Positions 20,459-29,892 of a stretch of 54,899 bases of DNA are shown here, piece by piece; the stretch's first letter is position 1, and each line of letters starts with the position of its first letter. Origin of the DNA: a virus (Duplodnaviria; Caudoviricetes); the IMG/VR virus record IMGVR_UViG_3300021963_000160, positions 1-54,899 of that record; one strand, written 5' to 3'. A program made the translations under genes and the position numbers. The notes beneath the pieces were generated by a model that was not told where the DNA came from, did no database searches, and saw only the letters and a list, made by a program, of their open reading frames with translations.

Positions 20459-20981
20459 CTTAGAAGAACACGGATTTATAAATCTAAACGGCAACTGGAT
20501 ACATTCCACTGCTATTATTTATCCTTGCGTAACGCTTGGAAGGAATAATATAATCGGGGCATACTCGGTTATTGGTTCAAATGGAGAAATGCGAAATGTG
20601 AATCCATCTGAATTTAAAGGAGGTGTGGTTATCGGAGATGACAATGTTATTTCGGAGCTTGTAACCATTCAGAGACCGTTTAATGAAGATGAATTTACTT
20701 TAATTGGTAATGGGAATATTATAATGGCGCATAGCCACTTTGGACACAATGTAACATTAGGTAATAACAGCGAAATATGCACAAATGTTGTACTTGGAGG
20801 ATATTCAAATATTGGAGATAATGTTAAAATCAAACTCAGCGCAACCGTTAGAAACCGAATAATAATTGGGAGCAACTCAATAGTTGGGCTAGGAAGTGCT
20901 GTTGTAAAAGATATACCTGGAGGGCAAGTGTGGATGGGGAATCCTGCAAAGTTTTATAAATTAAATAATCCGAACTCCTAA
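20445..20981 (+). CDS. Hexapeptide-repeat (left-handed beta-helix) acyltransferase
   Basis: IHSTAII, IGDDNVI, AHSHFGHN, IGSNSIVGLGSAVVKDIP...GNPAK. Confidence 0.85.
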   Translation: MELYNLEEHGFINLNGNWIHSTAIIYPCVTLGRNNIIGAYSVIGSNGEMRNVNPSEFKGGVVIGDDNVISELVTIQRPFNEDEFTLIGNGNIIMAHSHFGHNVTLGNNSEICTNVVLGGYSNIGDNVKIKLSATVRNRIIIGSNSIVGLGSAVVKDIPGGQVWMGNPAKFYKLNNPNS

Positions 20982-21739
20982 TGAAACTCTGTTTAGCTTA
21001 CACTGTTTTTACCCACGAATTACTTGAACAGTCTATTGCTAATCATATAGACTTAGTGGATGGAATTATTATTTGCTATCAGGAGATTTCAAATAAAGGC
21101 AACAAAACCGCATTTCCGATTGACAAGTTTACTCATGAAAAGATAACTATTGTTAAATACGAACCTAATCTTGCCCTTGGAACCAAATTAAATGAAGTAT
21201 GCAAACATAACCTAATGATTAAAACTGCAAAGAACAAGGGGTTTTCACATATTATTTTATCAGCTTGTGACCATTTTTATGATAAAAATCAGTTTGCGTA
21301 CGTTAAACAGCAAGTAATAGATAAGGATTATGATATTAGTTATACCAAAATGTTCACCTACTATAGAAATCCTATTTATCAAATTACCCCAATAGAAGAT
21401 TATTATATGCCTTTTATTATCAAATTGCATACTAATACTCAGGTAGAAAGTAATGTTAAAACTCCGGTACTTGTAGACCCGTCTGTAAAAGTAAATACTT
21501 GTAAAAATTGGAAACTATTTTCAGAACATGAAATAATGTTACACCATTACTCGATGATACGTTTAGACATAAAGGATAAGTTCAAAAATGCAGCAGCTTC
21601 TATTAGATGGAAACCTGAACAAGTGCAACGATTCATTTCTGAGTATGAAAACTTTTCTATTGAAGATAATAAGCCGATTGAGTACTTCCAAAACCGCAAA
21701 TGTAAAGTTGTCAGAAACTACTTTAATATAGCTAACTAA
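20981..21739 (+). CDS. Putative GT-A-like glycosyltransferase
   Basis: LAYTVF..ELLEQSI...VDGIII, ILSACDHFY (degenerate DxD), LHHYS. Confidence 0.55.
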   Translation: MKLCLAYTVFTHELLEQSIANHIDLVDGIIICYQEISNKGNKTAFPIDKFTHEKITIVKYEPNLALGTKLNEVCKHNLMIKTAKNKGFSHIILSACDHFYDKNQFAYVKQQVIDKDYDISYTKMFTYYRNPIYQITPIEDYYMPFIIKLHTNTQVESNVKTPVLVDPSVKVNTCKNWKLFSEHEIMLHHYSMIRLDIKDKFKNAAASIRWKPEQVQRFISEYENFSIEDNKPIEYFQNRKCKVVRNYFNIAN

Positions 21740-21833
21740 AAACGGTTATATGGATGCTGATTGGAAAGATGAAGAACCATTTGTAATAGATGAATTTTTA
21801 CAGAACTTTCTCAACGTAAAACAAACTACCCTT

Positions 21834-22478
21834 TTAACTCAATTTAGGAGTCTGAATACCATCATAAAACCAATAATCTTCCCCAGCAACCTTCTCTAAA
21901 CTAATCTTATTCTCCTTATACATACCTAACATATCAGTATGGAATCTCCCACCTACCTTACCAACCCCATGCTTAATACCCAAACAAATTATTTCCTTAG
22001 GTAAAAACGTTAACTTATTCTTAACATTAGTCCATAAATGACTATCCGTATAAGGATAATCATCAGCAGGCCAAGTCAATTCTAAATCCGCCTTAATTAA
22101 CGTACTCATCATACTACTTCTACTTGCATGACGAAAAACAAAATCCTTCCTTAAACCCAAATGATAATATATCGTATAATTAGGCCCAAATATATCAGGC
22201 CTCCCTGCCTTATCCCATTCTGTTACCATAACCTCAATATAACAAGGACTATACCAATCATCGCTTTCTATAAACAAAATAACATCTAAACCACAATTTC
22301 TAAGCTTATCATAACCATACCTATACCTAGGCGTTATATCACAATCATCACTAACAGGAGCATAATCAACAACCTCTATAACCTCAGGTCTTAAAGTCTG
22401 CCTATCCATCATCCTATAATACTGCTCCATAAACAAAGGCCTATCCCCTCTGTCTGGAGTTATAATTCCTACTCGCAT
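21834..22478 (-). CDS. GT-A fold (GT2-like) glycosyltransferase
   Basis: VGIITPDRGDRP, RQTLRP, ILFIESDDWY. Confidence 0.75.
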   Translation of the reverse strand: MRVGIITPDRGDRPLFMEQYYRMMDRQTLRPEVIEVVDYAPVSDDCDITPRYRYGYDKLRNCGLDVILFIESDDWYSPCYIEVMVTEWDKAGRPDIFGPNYTIYYHLGLRKDFVFRHASRSSMMSTLIKADLELTWPADDYPYTDSHLWTNVKNKLTFLPKEIICLGIKHGVGKVGGRFHTDMLGMYKENKISLEKVAGEDYWFYDGIQTPKLS

Positions 22479-22669
22479 TCGTCTGTAAATCTTTTTTCTA
22501 ATTCATCAAAATGGTCAAGTATGTGCTGAATTTGTATAGAGTATGTTATCTTAATAACATCACTCCCACTTGCAGATTTTGGTATATTCTCCATACTAAT
22601 CTGTGTTACACTCACCAGTACAAATTATACACTTACACTCACTATGCAATATGCTATCATTCATAACCA

Positions 22670-22677
22670 CAAATATA
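22670..22677 (-). promoter_or_regulatory. Bacteroidota -7 box (TATATTTG), leftward
   Basis: TAnnTTTG match at the edge of the non-coding region, upstream of two tiny ORFs and the glycosyltransferase. Confidence 0.5.
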
Positions 22678-22679
22678 AA

Positions 22680-23640
22680 ACACTTATATTACAAATAATT
22701 CAAGAGATAGATAAAAAAATAATGAGATAGATAGATATGTGAGGTTAACCCCCCGTATTACAAACGTGGCCCAAAAATAAAAATCAATTTTTTTTGATCT
22801 GGGGGGGGGTTCGTTTTTATCTTTTCCCTTTAAATTTTCAGGTTTTACCTTCCCGAGTGCTGTGAAGGTGCCGCGGTTCTGTTGTTGGATGGTGTTTATA
22901 TCATTACATTTTGCAAAATAATTACATACAAGCGTTTTAATAACTTATATATACCGTTCTTTATCTATGTAGGGGCAAAGGTAGATAATTGAACACGGGC
23001 CAAATAAACTACATCCTTTGCCTTGTCTCTTATTGTGCTGGATTGTTTTAATTTAATCCTAGTTAACATAATATAGATTATATAACTTTATCCGTTTGTT
23101 GTCGTTTGTTGGGTTTACTTTGTCTCCATGCGGTGACGAAATTAGCTTATGCTTATGTTTTGGGTGTTTTTAGGGGTGGTTTGCATGGTACTGGAGAGGG
23201 GTTAACCTCCTTTTAATCTCCTTTTAAACTTTCTTTTTTACTTTGATCCTGAAAATATTAAATTTCTTTTTATCTTTTTTTCTTGGCTGCTATTGGGTTG
23301 CGGGTTTATTTTGTTAAAAATTATTTTTTTTCTTTTCCGTTATGTTGTTGTTATGTAGAACTATTCTAAATAGCTTTATTGGTGGTTTTTGGTGTAGTTT
23401 GGCATGGTATTAGCAAAGGTTTTTTTATGTCCTTTTTATTGGGTTTTTGATCTCTTTTTAACCTTTGTTTGTTCCTTTGTTTTCAGGGGTTCCGGTGGTG
23501 GTGTCTATTATTGTTTATTTTAGTGTATTGTTTACTGGATTTTTAGAGTTTGGCACGGTTTGTCGGTTTCCTTTGTTTGCGGGGTTTGGCACGGTTTTTT
23601 GTTTTTGGTCTTGGGTTTGTAATGCAGTTAGTACAAAACA
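22680..23640. other. Long non-coding region with a G10 run and skew inversion (candidate genome end, pac site or origin)
   Basis: No credible ORF; C-run near 22750, G10 at 22801-22810, T/G-rich thereafter; transcription diverges on both sides. Confidence 0.5.
23400..23415 (+). promoter_or_regulatory. Sigma54-like -24/-12 element
   Basis: TGGCATGGTATTAGCA has the exact GG-N10-GC spacing; related TTTGGCACGGTTT copies at ~23549 and ~23585. Confidence 0.4.
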
Positions 23641-23650
23641 ATTAAACATA

Positions 23651-23776
23651 ATGATACAAAAAATTAAATTACATGCAAAAAAGAATCCAACCTATTTATT
23701 AGAAATTGGACTATGTTTATTTTTCGTTACTGCTATTCTGGTAACTGTCTTAATTTTAAGTTTTCAAAATTATTAA
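23651..23776 (+). CDS. Small single-TM membrane protein
   Basis: ATG 23651; MIQKIKLHAKKNPTYLLEIGLCLFFVTAILVTVLILSFQNY. Confidence 0.5.
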   Translation: MIQKIKLHAKKNPTYLLEIGLCLFFVTAILVTVLILSFQNY

Positions 23777-23778
23777 TT

Positions 23779-25071
23779 ATGAAAAGTAAATTATTTAGAA
23801 TCCAGCTAGAAAGTTATCAATTTTATTATAATGATAATTTATGCGAAGATAGGGACGAATTTAAGGACTTATTAAAAGGCGGATTAATTATTGAAGATTT
23901 AGATTTATGCAAATTAGATTCTGGTATTTTATTTGATAAAAATACTTGCGGTTATAATAAATTCGATAAAATATATTGGCTAGATTCTGAAGATATGCCC
24001 GAAAATATTGGTTATAACGATAAGGACGAATGTTATGACTATATAGAGAATTTAATTTATGGCTACTACTATAGAAATAACGAGGGATATTTTAGTTCAG
24101 ACGATAATTATCTTATCTATAGGGACGAATACTACCATGAAGATTCATTTGACTATCATAATTTAACCGACATTAGCGGAAATTTATATTCTACAGATGA
24201 CGTTTGTTATTGCGAAGATTCAGGAGATTATGAACTACAGGACAATTGTTATTATTCAGATATTGACAATTGCTATTATTCGGATTCGGATAATATGCCC
24301 GAAAATAAAAAAGGATTAAAAAACTACCATGATTCAAATATTGATTTTAAGAACGAAAATAGTAAATATAGAATAGGATTCGAGATTGAAAAAGAAGATT
24401 CAAATTTTACTAATTTTGACAAATTACGCGAAATTGGTTGGGACGCGGAGCGGGACGGCAGTTTGGATAGTCAAACGGGGTTTGAGATGGTTAGTGCAGT
24501 ATATGACTTGATGGATTTAAAAACTTTTAAAGAAGATACCAGCGAAATTAAGGACTTTATAAACGCGGATTATTCGCGTTCATGTGGCGGCCATATTAAT
24601 ATAAGTATTCAGGACTTAACAAATATTGAAGTATTCGAACTAATCAAAGGTTATGCCCCCTTAATATTTGCAATGTATTATGGACGTATTGAAAATACAT
24701 ACTGCAAAGCTAAAAAAGTAGAATTAAACGACATGGAACGATACAGCGCGTTTAATTTCACCAAAAGGAACGGTATATTAGAAATTCGTATATTTTCGGC
24801 CGTCCCTAATTTAGATACGTTAATTTTTAGGACTGAATTATTACAATTTATGTTTAAAAATAGTCGTAAGGGCAGCGCCTCCGTTATTGGTATGTTATTG
24901 AATGAAGATAGTAAATTAACAAAATTATTGAAAATTGTATATTCGGACGAAAAGTATAAAAAATTAGTAGACAGGACTATAAATTATACGGACGTTTACT
25001 CTACATTAAAAGACATTAAACAAACTGAAAACAAATTAAACAAGTTAAACAAATCAAAATTATGTGCATAG
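23779..25071 (+). CDS. Amidoligase (COOH-NH2 ligase fold) with Tyr/Asp/Cys-rich N-terminal region
   Basis: IGFEIEKE, ERDGSL..GFEMVS, SCGGHINIS, RYSAFN, LEIRIF motifs; start moved to ATG 23779. Confidence 0.8.
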   Translation: MKSKLFRIQLESYQFYYNDNLCEDRDEFKDLLKGGLIIEDLDLCKLDSGILFDKNTCGYNKFDKIYWLDSEDMPENIGYNDKDECYDYIENLIYGYYYRNNEGYFSSDDNYLIYRDEYYHEDSFDYHNLTDISGNLYSTDDVCYCEDSGDYELQDNCYYSDIDNCYYSDSDNMPENKKGLKNYHDSNIDFKNENSKYRIGFEIEKEDSNFTNFDKLREIGWDAERDGSLDSQTGFEMVSAVYDLMDLKTFKEDTSEIKDFINADYSRSCGGHINISIQDLTNIEVFELIKGYAPLIFAMYYGRIENTYCKAKKVELNDMERYSAFNFTKRNGILEIRIFSAVPNLDTLIFRTELLQFMFKNSRKGSASVIGMLLNEDSKLTKLLKIVYSDEKYKKLVDRTINYTDVYSTLKDIKQTENKLNKLNKSKLCA

Positions 25072-25811
25072 CAATATTAAATTTAAAAGGAACATTAAGT
25101 AAGGAAACTCTACAGACTTGTTGGAACTCAAATCCTCACGGAGCTGGATTAATCTATAATGACTCGAACGGGCTACAAATTTTTAAAGAACTCAAGTCTT
25201 TTCGGGTATTCTATAATGAATATATAAAGCAAAGGAAATTAAACAAAGATTCGAAATTTGCTATTCATTTCAGAATTTCAACGAGCGGCAAAATAGATTT
25301 AACAAATTGCCACCCGTTTAAAATTAATAAAGATACGGCCTTTATTCATAACGGTATGATTGACATTAAACCACTAAATAAAAAAGTAAGTGACACGTTT
25401 ACGTTTAACGAACTAATTTTTAAGAAATTAGGCAAAGATTGGCAAAGTAATAAGGCTATGATTGAACTATTAGAAAACTATATTTATGGCAGTAAAATAG
25501 TAGTTTTAAATTCAGATAACAGCCATGTAATTTTAAATGAAGATAGCGGACATTGGGACGGTGATAATTGGTATTCAAATAATAGCTATAAACCAGCGAA
25601 AATTAGTAATTTTAAAAATTATGATAGCTACAAAGATTTTTATTATTCAGATATGGACGACATTAAACAAACTTTTACGGACTTTTGCGAGTCATGTTTA
25701 GAAGAGTCCGACACCATATATCTTCGTGACTATAATATGAATTGTTGTAGCAAATGTGCGGAATTGTGGCAGCCGTCAAAAATATCTAAATATCTTCACC
25801 ATGCTATATAG
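25062..25811 (+). CDS. Class II (Ntn) glutamine amidotransferase
   Basis: MCIAI (Cys2), NPHGAG, HFRISTSG, NCHPF, HNGMI, SDT. Confidence 0.9.
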   Translation: MCIAILNLKGTLSKETLQTCWNSNPHGAGLIYNDSNGLQIFKELKSFRVFYNEYIKQRKLNKDSKFAIHFRISTSGKIDLTNCHPFKINKDTAFIHNGMIDIKPLNKKVSDTFTFNELIFKKLGKDWQSNKAMIELLENYIYGSKIVVLNSDNSHVILNEDSGHWDGDNWYSNNSYKPAKISNFKNYDSYKDFYYSDMDDIKQTFTDFCESCLEESDTIYLRDYNMNCCSKCAELWQPSKISKYLHHAI

Positions 25812-25971
25812 AAAAGAAATACTAACAAAGTTTAAAATTTACTTTAAAGAAAACAACCAAAGGTTAATAGGTGAATATGAGCAAAAATTAAATTATGCTC
25901 ATGACTTCACCCCTCACAAAGTAGAATATTATAAAGAACTATTAAACCAAGCTAAAAATTTATTCAAATGA
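25801..25971 (+). CDS. Hypothetical early protein
   Basis: ATG 25801; part of a tightly packed run of small ORFs. Confidence 0.5.
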   Translation: MLYRKEILTKFKIYFKENNQRLIGEYEQKLNYAHDFTPHKVEYYKELLNQAKNLFK

Positions 25972-26198
25972 GAAAAAAAGAAATAATTATGACAAAAACA
26001 ATGTACCTCGTAAGATACAATGATATCTACGGAAATGGGGACAATCAAAAATTAGAAGTAATAGTTGAAAATAGGAATCATTTTTTAGAATGGTTAGAAG
26101 AACACAATGAAAGTAGAGGTGGATCGGAACCGGAATCAGAAGAAGAATTTGACCTTATAGCTTTAAGTGTTTATGTATCGGAATTTAAAAATCAATAA
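25968..26198 (+). CDS. Hypothetical acidic protein
   Basis: 76 aa, ATGA-coupled. Confidence 0.6.
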   Translation: MRKKEIIMTKTMYLVRYNDIYGNGDNQKLEVIVENRNHFLEWLEEHNESRGGSEPESEEEFDLIALSVYVSEFKNQ

Positions 26199-26203
26199 TA
26201 ATT

Positions 26204-26449
26204 ATGTCAAAAGTAGAACCAAAAATTTTAAAACAATGGACTGACGAAGCAAAGAAAGTCCTTGAAGGTAAAACAATTACCGAAGTTCGTTATCTTAACG
26301 ATGAGGAAATGGAAATGATGGGTTGGTATAAACGACCTGTTTGTTTCTTTTTAAACGATGGAACAAGTTGTATTCTCTCTTGTGATGATGAGGGTAATGA
26401 TGGTGGAGTTTTATTTTACGGAAAAGATGGTGTATTACCAACCTTATAA
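26204..26449 (+). CDS. Hypothetical phage protein
   Basis: 81 aa; LEGKTITEVRYL..EE...MGW...SCDDEGNDGGVL. Confidence 0.7.
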   Translation: MSKVEPKILKQWTDEAKKVLEGKTITEVRYLNDEEMEMMGWYKRPVCFFLNDGTSCILSCDDEGNDGGVLFYGKDGVLPTL

Positions 26450-26499
26450 TTTATATTATGTCAAACAAATAGAACAAGAAATATTAAATCAAATAAAAA

Positions 26500-26763
26500 A
26501 TGGAAAATCAAGTACAAGTGGTTCTAACACCACAAGAAGAAAAAGAGCAGTTCATTTTAAATCTAATGAATAGGCTAGAGAGTCAATTAGGTGGGGGCAA
26601 TCTAACTACAAAGTTTGAGACGTGCAAAGATGCACCCTCATATAGTTGGTCAGTCGAGGAGTATATGTATATGCCACAAGTCGCATCAAGGCTAAGGGGC
26701 AAAGGATATACCGTATCTTCAAGTATTAATTGGGGAGTTACAGATTGGATAATTGCAGTTTAA
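26500..26763 (+). CDS. Hypothetical protein
   Basis: 87 aa, A-rich leader. Confidence 0.6.
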   Translation: MENQVQVVLTPQEEKEQFILNLMNRLESQLGGGNLTTKFETCKDAPSYSWSVEEYMYMPQVASRLRGKGYTVSSSINWGVTDWIIAV

Positions 26764-26766
26764 GTT

Positions 26767-26949
26767 ATGGAAAAGTATAGAGTGACGAGTAACAAAAGGA
26801 ATCGGACATTTACTATTTATAAAAATGGCAGTAAATATAGAACCTATAGGTTTAGTCTTGATGAATTTCGTGAGAACGAATATAACACCAATAACGATTG
26901 GAATCATTTTTTAACACACACAGATTTTTACGAAATAATTAAAAAATAA
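26767..26949 (+). CDS. Hypothetical protein
   Basis: 60 aa, tightly packed. Confidence 0.6.
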   Translation: MEKYRVTSNKRNRTFTIYKNGSKYRTYRFSLDEFRENEYNTNNDWNHFLTHTDFYEIIKK

Positions 26950-27719
26950 TGATAGAAATTAACAAACAAGCAGAGGCGTTAGCCATTAGACAAGCAGTGA
27001 GCTATGTTCTAACAAAAGGTCAAGAGGCGGGAGCAAGAGGCCAGCATAACTATAAGGCAACATTTAATTTGCCAAATTCAGCGTATGATGTACTTGATTT
27101 TTTAAAGTACGAGGGGATTAATTGTCAAGCAAAAGGATTAAGTACAACTCGATTAAGTGACGGCTCATATAGTTATGAGGTAAGTTTACTTCTTGTCAGA
27201 AATGTATCATTAGAGTATAGGTGCAAAGCTTTCTTCAATAGACTGATTAGGATGACTAATACATATTTCCTTTCGGACTATGTCGAAGAAATTGTAAATT
27301 ATATTACAAGTGATGGTCAAGACTATATTGCTGAGAGAGATATGTTGCGGAGTTTATGTGTGACTGAGGGATTAGATTTTCACCAAATATCTTGTGAGGT
27401 TGCAAGTAAGTTTATGGCTGACAATGGACTTGAAGATTATATCCCATATCCACCTGATAAATTACCTAAGAAGATTAAGAACACTAATTCTGGTCGAGCG
27501 ATAATAAAGTGGCGAACCAAAGTAAATGGCGAGTGGGCTACAATGTATCATAGCGATATAATTAAGTCGAAGGATTTAGGGCAAAATAATATCTATAGCG
27601 AGTCAATCTACTTAGAGAGAGATAAAGCGGCAGTATTTTATGACAAAGAAGAGGCACTAAGGGTAATTGATATGTTTACAAATGAATTTCACATAGGACA
27701 AATAATAGAAAAAAAATGA
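26949..27719 (+). CDS. Hypothetical protein
   Basis: 256 aa, no motif recognised. Confidence 0.65.
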   Translation: MIEINKQAEALAIRQAVSYVLTKGQEAGARGQHNYKATFNLPNSAYDVLDFLKYEGINCQAKGLSTTRLSDGSYSYEVSLLLVRNVSLEYRCKAFFNRLIRMTNTYFLSDYVEEIVNYITSDGQDYIAERDMLRSLCVTEGLDFHQISCEVASKFMADNGLEDYIPYPPDKLPKKIKNTNSGRAIIKWRTKVNGEWATMYHSDIIKSKDLGQNNIYSESIYLERDKAAVFYDKEEALRVIDMFTNEFHIGQIIEKK

Positions 27720-27928
27720 GAATAGTAACAACAAAATACAAGGCAACCAAAAAAAGAATCTACGAGAATAAACACTATGTTATAACTCTAGTGATTGATA
27801 CAGGAGCTTATAAAGTGTCTCCTAAAGATAGTTATAACGATAGTTATTTTACTACCTTAGATGAAGCAGCAAAGTACATCGGGACAACTTACAATAATAT
27901 AATGAATGCAGATAGTTTTACATCATGA
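27716..27928 (+). CDS. Hypothetical protein
   Basis: 70 aa, ATGA-coupled. Confidence 0.55.
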   Translation: MRIVTTKYKATKKRIYENKHYVITLVIDTGAYKVSPKDSYNDSYFTTLDEAAKYIGTTYNNIMNADSFTS

Positions 27929-28078
27929 AAACAAGAAACGAAATTTTAAATCAGTTTGGAACCTTCTTTAAAGAATCAGACCAAACAACCGAGGATGCAA
28001 CAATTAACATGCTGGACCTCGAGAGAATGAACGACAAGCAATTAACTCGTATTTATAACGCCTTTTTTAATTAATATC

Positions 28079-28264
28079 ATGCACAACGAACTAAAAAAAC
28101 AAATCATTAATTTTATTTTTGCCAACCTGAATGAATTTCAGATTAACAATGCCACAAAAGCAAAATTTGGGCCTTACATATACGATATTCAAGGAGATTA
28201 TTTAATTGGAGGCAAAGATGTAAGTGAGTTTATAAGTAAAGCAATTGAGCTAATAAAGAAATAA
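28079..28264 (+). CDS. Hypothetical protein
   Basis: 61 aa. Confidence 0.55.
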   Translation: MHNELKKQIINFIFANLNEFQINNATKAKFGPYIYDIQGDYLIGGKDVSEFISKAIELIKK

Positions 28265-28411
28265 TATGGACCTTTACCACATAATCAACACAACAACCGG
28301 AATAATATTATGCTCAGGACTCACCCAAGACGAAGCGGAAGAAATGAAGTATGAATATATTAACTTGGACATCTTTAATTCAAACAGAGAAATTTATAAA
28401 ATTATAAAATC

Positions 28412-28594
28412 ATGAAAATTAGAAACACGCAAACCGGTGGAGTAATCCTTCAAAGGAAAAAAGAGAACGAAACTTCATCCTTGTTTAAAGTTATTGATCC
28501 AAGCGGGAACAGTAGATTTAAAATTGGCGATGAATTTTGGATTAAACACTCAACAATCGGAGAGGGATTATTAAACGAACCAGTTAAAGAGTAA
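28412..28594 (+). CDS. Hypothetical protein
   Basis: 60 aa. Confidence 0.55.
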   Translation: MKIRNTQTGGVILQRKKENETSSLFKVIDPSGNSRFKIGDEFWIKHSTIGEGLLNEPVKE

Positions 28595-28598
28595 AGCC

Positions 28599-29036
28599 AT
28601 GACAGACGCAGAAAAATTACAACTCGAAGAAGATAGAACGACTTTTGAATTAAAATGCCTCCTAGATATTAAAGATTTTAAAATATTTCAAGACGAAGCA
28701 GAAAAAATATGGATTTTAGACAAGTTAAAACAAAATAATTTTAACGTCAGTAAAACTGCTATTGAAATTCGCATCCAGCGGAGTCATCTTTACAATAAAA
28801 TCATTAAATACAAAATTCCAATAAACAGAAAACTAAAACACAGTTATTTAAACGGGAGACACATGGTAATTTTCAATCCTAATGGGGATAGGTTTAATTT
28901 TATTATCAAAAATGAGCCAGAACTAACGGAAACTATAAAAAGTGGCTTACAATTCGTTTATATACGAAAATCAAATTTAGCTTACATGGCCAAAAAAATA
29001 TTCACCCGGATAGAAAATTTAACAAACGTCAATTAA
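28599..29036 (+). CDS. Fis-type (HTH_8) DNA-binding protein
   Basis: EAEKIWILDKLKQNNFNVSKTAIEIRIQRSHLYNKIIKYKI resembles the C-terminal HTH of NtrC-family sigma54 activators; no AAA+ domain. Confidence 0.75.
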   Translation: MTDAEKLQLEEDRTTFELKCLLDIKDFKIFQDEAEKIWILDKLKQNNFNVSKTAIEIRIQRSHLYNKIIKYKIPINRKLKHSYLNGRHMVIFNPNGDRFNFIIKNEPELTETIKSGLQFVYIRKSNLAYMAKKIFTRIENLTNVN

Positions 29037-29045
29037 TAAATGCAC

Positions 29046-29107
29046 CAATTTAGAAACATTCTAAATTGTAAAAAGCGTTAAACGTATTATTTGAAATATT
29101 ACTTTTG
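29046..29107 (+). promoter_or_regulatory. Palindromic operator plus -7 promoter box
   Basis: CAATTTAGAA-ACA-TTCTAAATTG (29046-29068) and TACTTTTG (29100-29107). Confidence 0.6.
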
Positions 29108-29132
29108 CCTAAACAATTAAAGAAAAATAAAA

Positions 29133-29360
29133 ATGAAAAAACTAATTAGCTTAATGTTACTCTTAACCTTGCTTAGCTGCGAAAAAGAGAAAGTAGAATG
29201 TAATTGTGGTTTAGTCCTTAGCGACAACGTAAGTGATTATTCAGTTGTAATCCGTAACGATTGCAGCAAGAAAGAAAAGAGATTTTATTTGCAGCCTGGT
29301 GATTGGATCAATGCCCATGTAGGAAGTAACTATTGTATTACAAACGTAAGCAGTTGGTAG
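29133..29360 (+). CDS. Small lipoprotein
   Basis: MKKLISLMLLLTLLS-C signal peptide/lipobox, further Cys residues. Confidence 0.7.
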   Translation: MKKLISLMLLLTLLSCEKEKVECNCGLVLSDNVSDYSVVIRNDCSKKEKRFYLQPGDWINAHVGSNYCITNVSSW

Positions 29361-29481
29361 TATGATACAGATAGCAGTAGTAGTAATTATTATAGTTTTA
29401 TTAGTAAAAATAAAACGTAATACGGAAAAGTAAGTAAACTTGACTTTTAGCAAGAATTTTAAACTCGCAATTAAACAAAAC

Positions 29482-29745
29482 ATGAAAAAGACATTAGAAC
29501 TAACATTATCCGAAAGTGAAGGTGTAAAGATAGAAGTATCCTGCGAGGTGCTACGAATTGAAACTGACAATCCTGCGATACATCCAGATGACCCGAATCA
29601 ATCCACGATAACAGAGTATTGGTGCAAGACAATTAATAAATTAAAGATAAACGGTTTTGAACTTGGAATTTATAACCATAAGACTTTGAAAGAAATCGAA
29701 AGATTAGTGGAAGAACAACTTGAAGAAAATCCTGAATTATTTTAA
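29482..29745 (+). CDS. Hypothetical protein
   Basis: Start moved to ATG 29482; ends 6 nt before the repeat array. Confidence 0.55.
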   Translation: MKKTLELTLSESEGVKIEVSCEVLRIETDNPAIHPDDPNQSTITEYWCKTINKLKINGFELGIYNHKTLKEIERLVEEQLEENPELF

Positions 29746-29751
29746 GAGAAA

Positions 29752-29878
29752 TAACGGTACTTGGCTTAGCGAAGAAGTGGAAAAGCAAGCCTAATCTTTC
29801 GGTTTAGAAACCAAAATAACAAACACAAAACCAACATTGAATTAAGCCTAAAACCGCTTTTTTGCTAAACCAATGTTA
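29752..29878. repeat. Unit A1 (attC-like hairpin, no ORF)
   Basis: TAAC-GGTAC-TTGGCTTAGCGAAGAAGTGG ... CCGCTTTTTTGCTAAACCAA-T-GTTA. Confidence 0.8.
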
Positions 29879-29892
29879 TAACTCGTTTTTTT

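Noticed and set aside
23465-23650. 5' part of the 103-aa ORF
   Set aside because: TTG start in T/G-rich low-complexity DNA; only the part from ATG 23651 looks like a real gene
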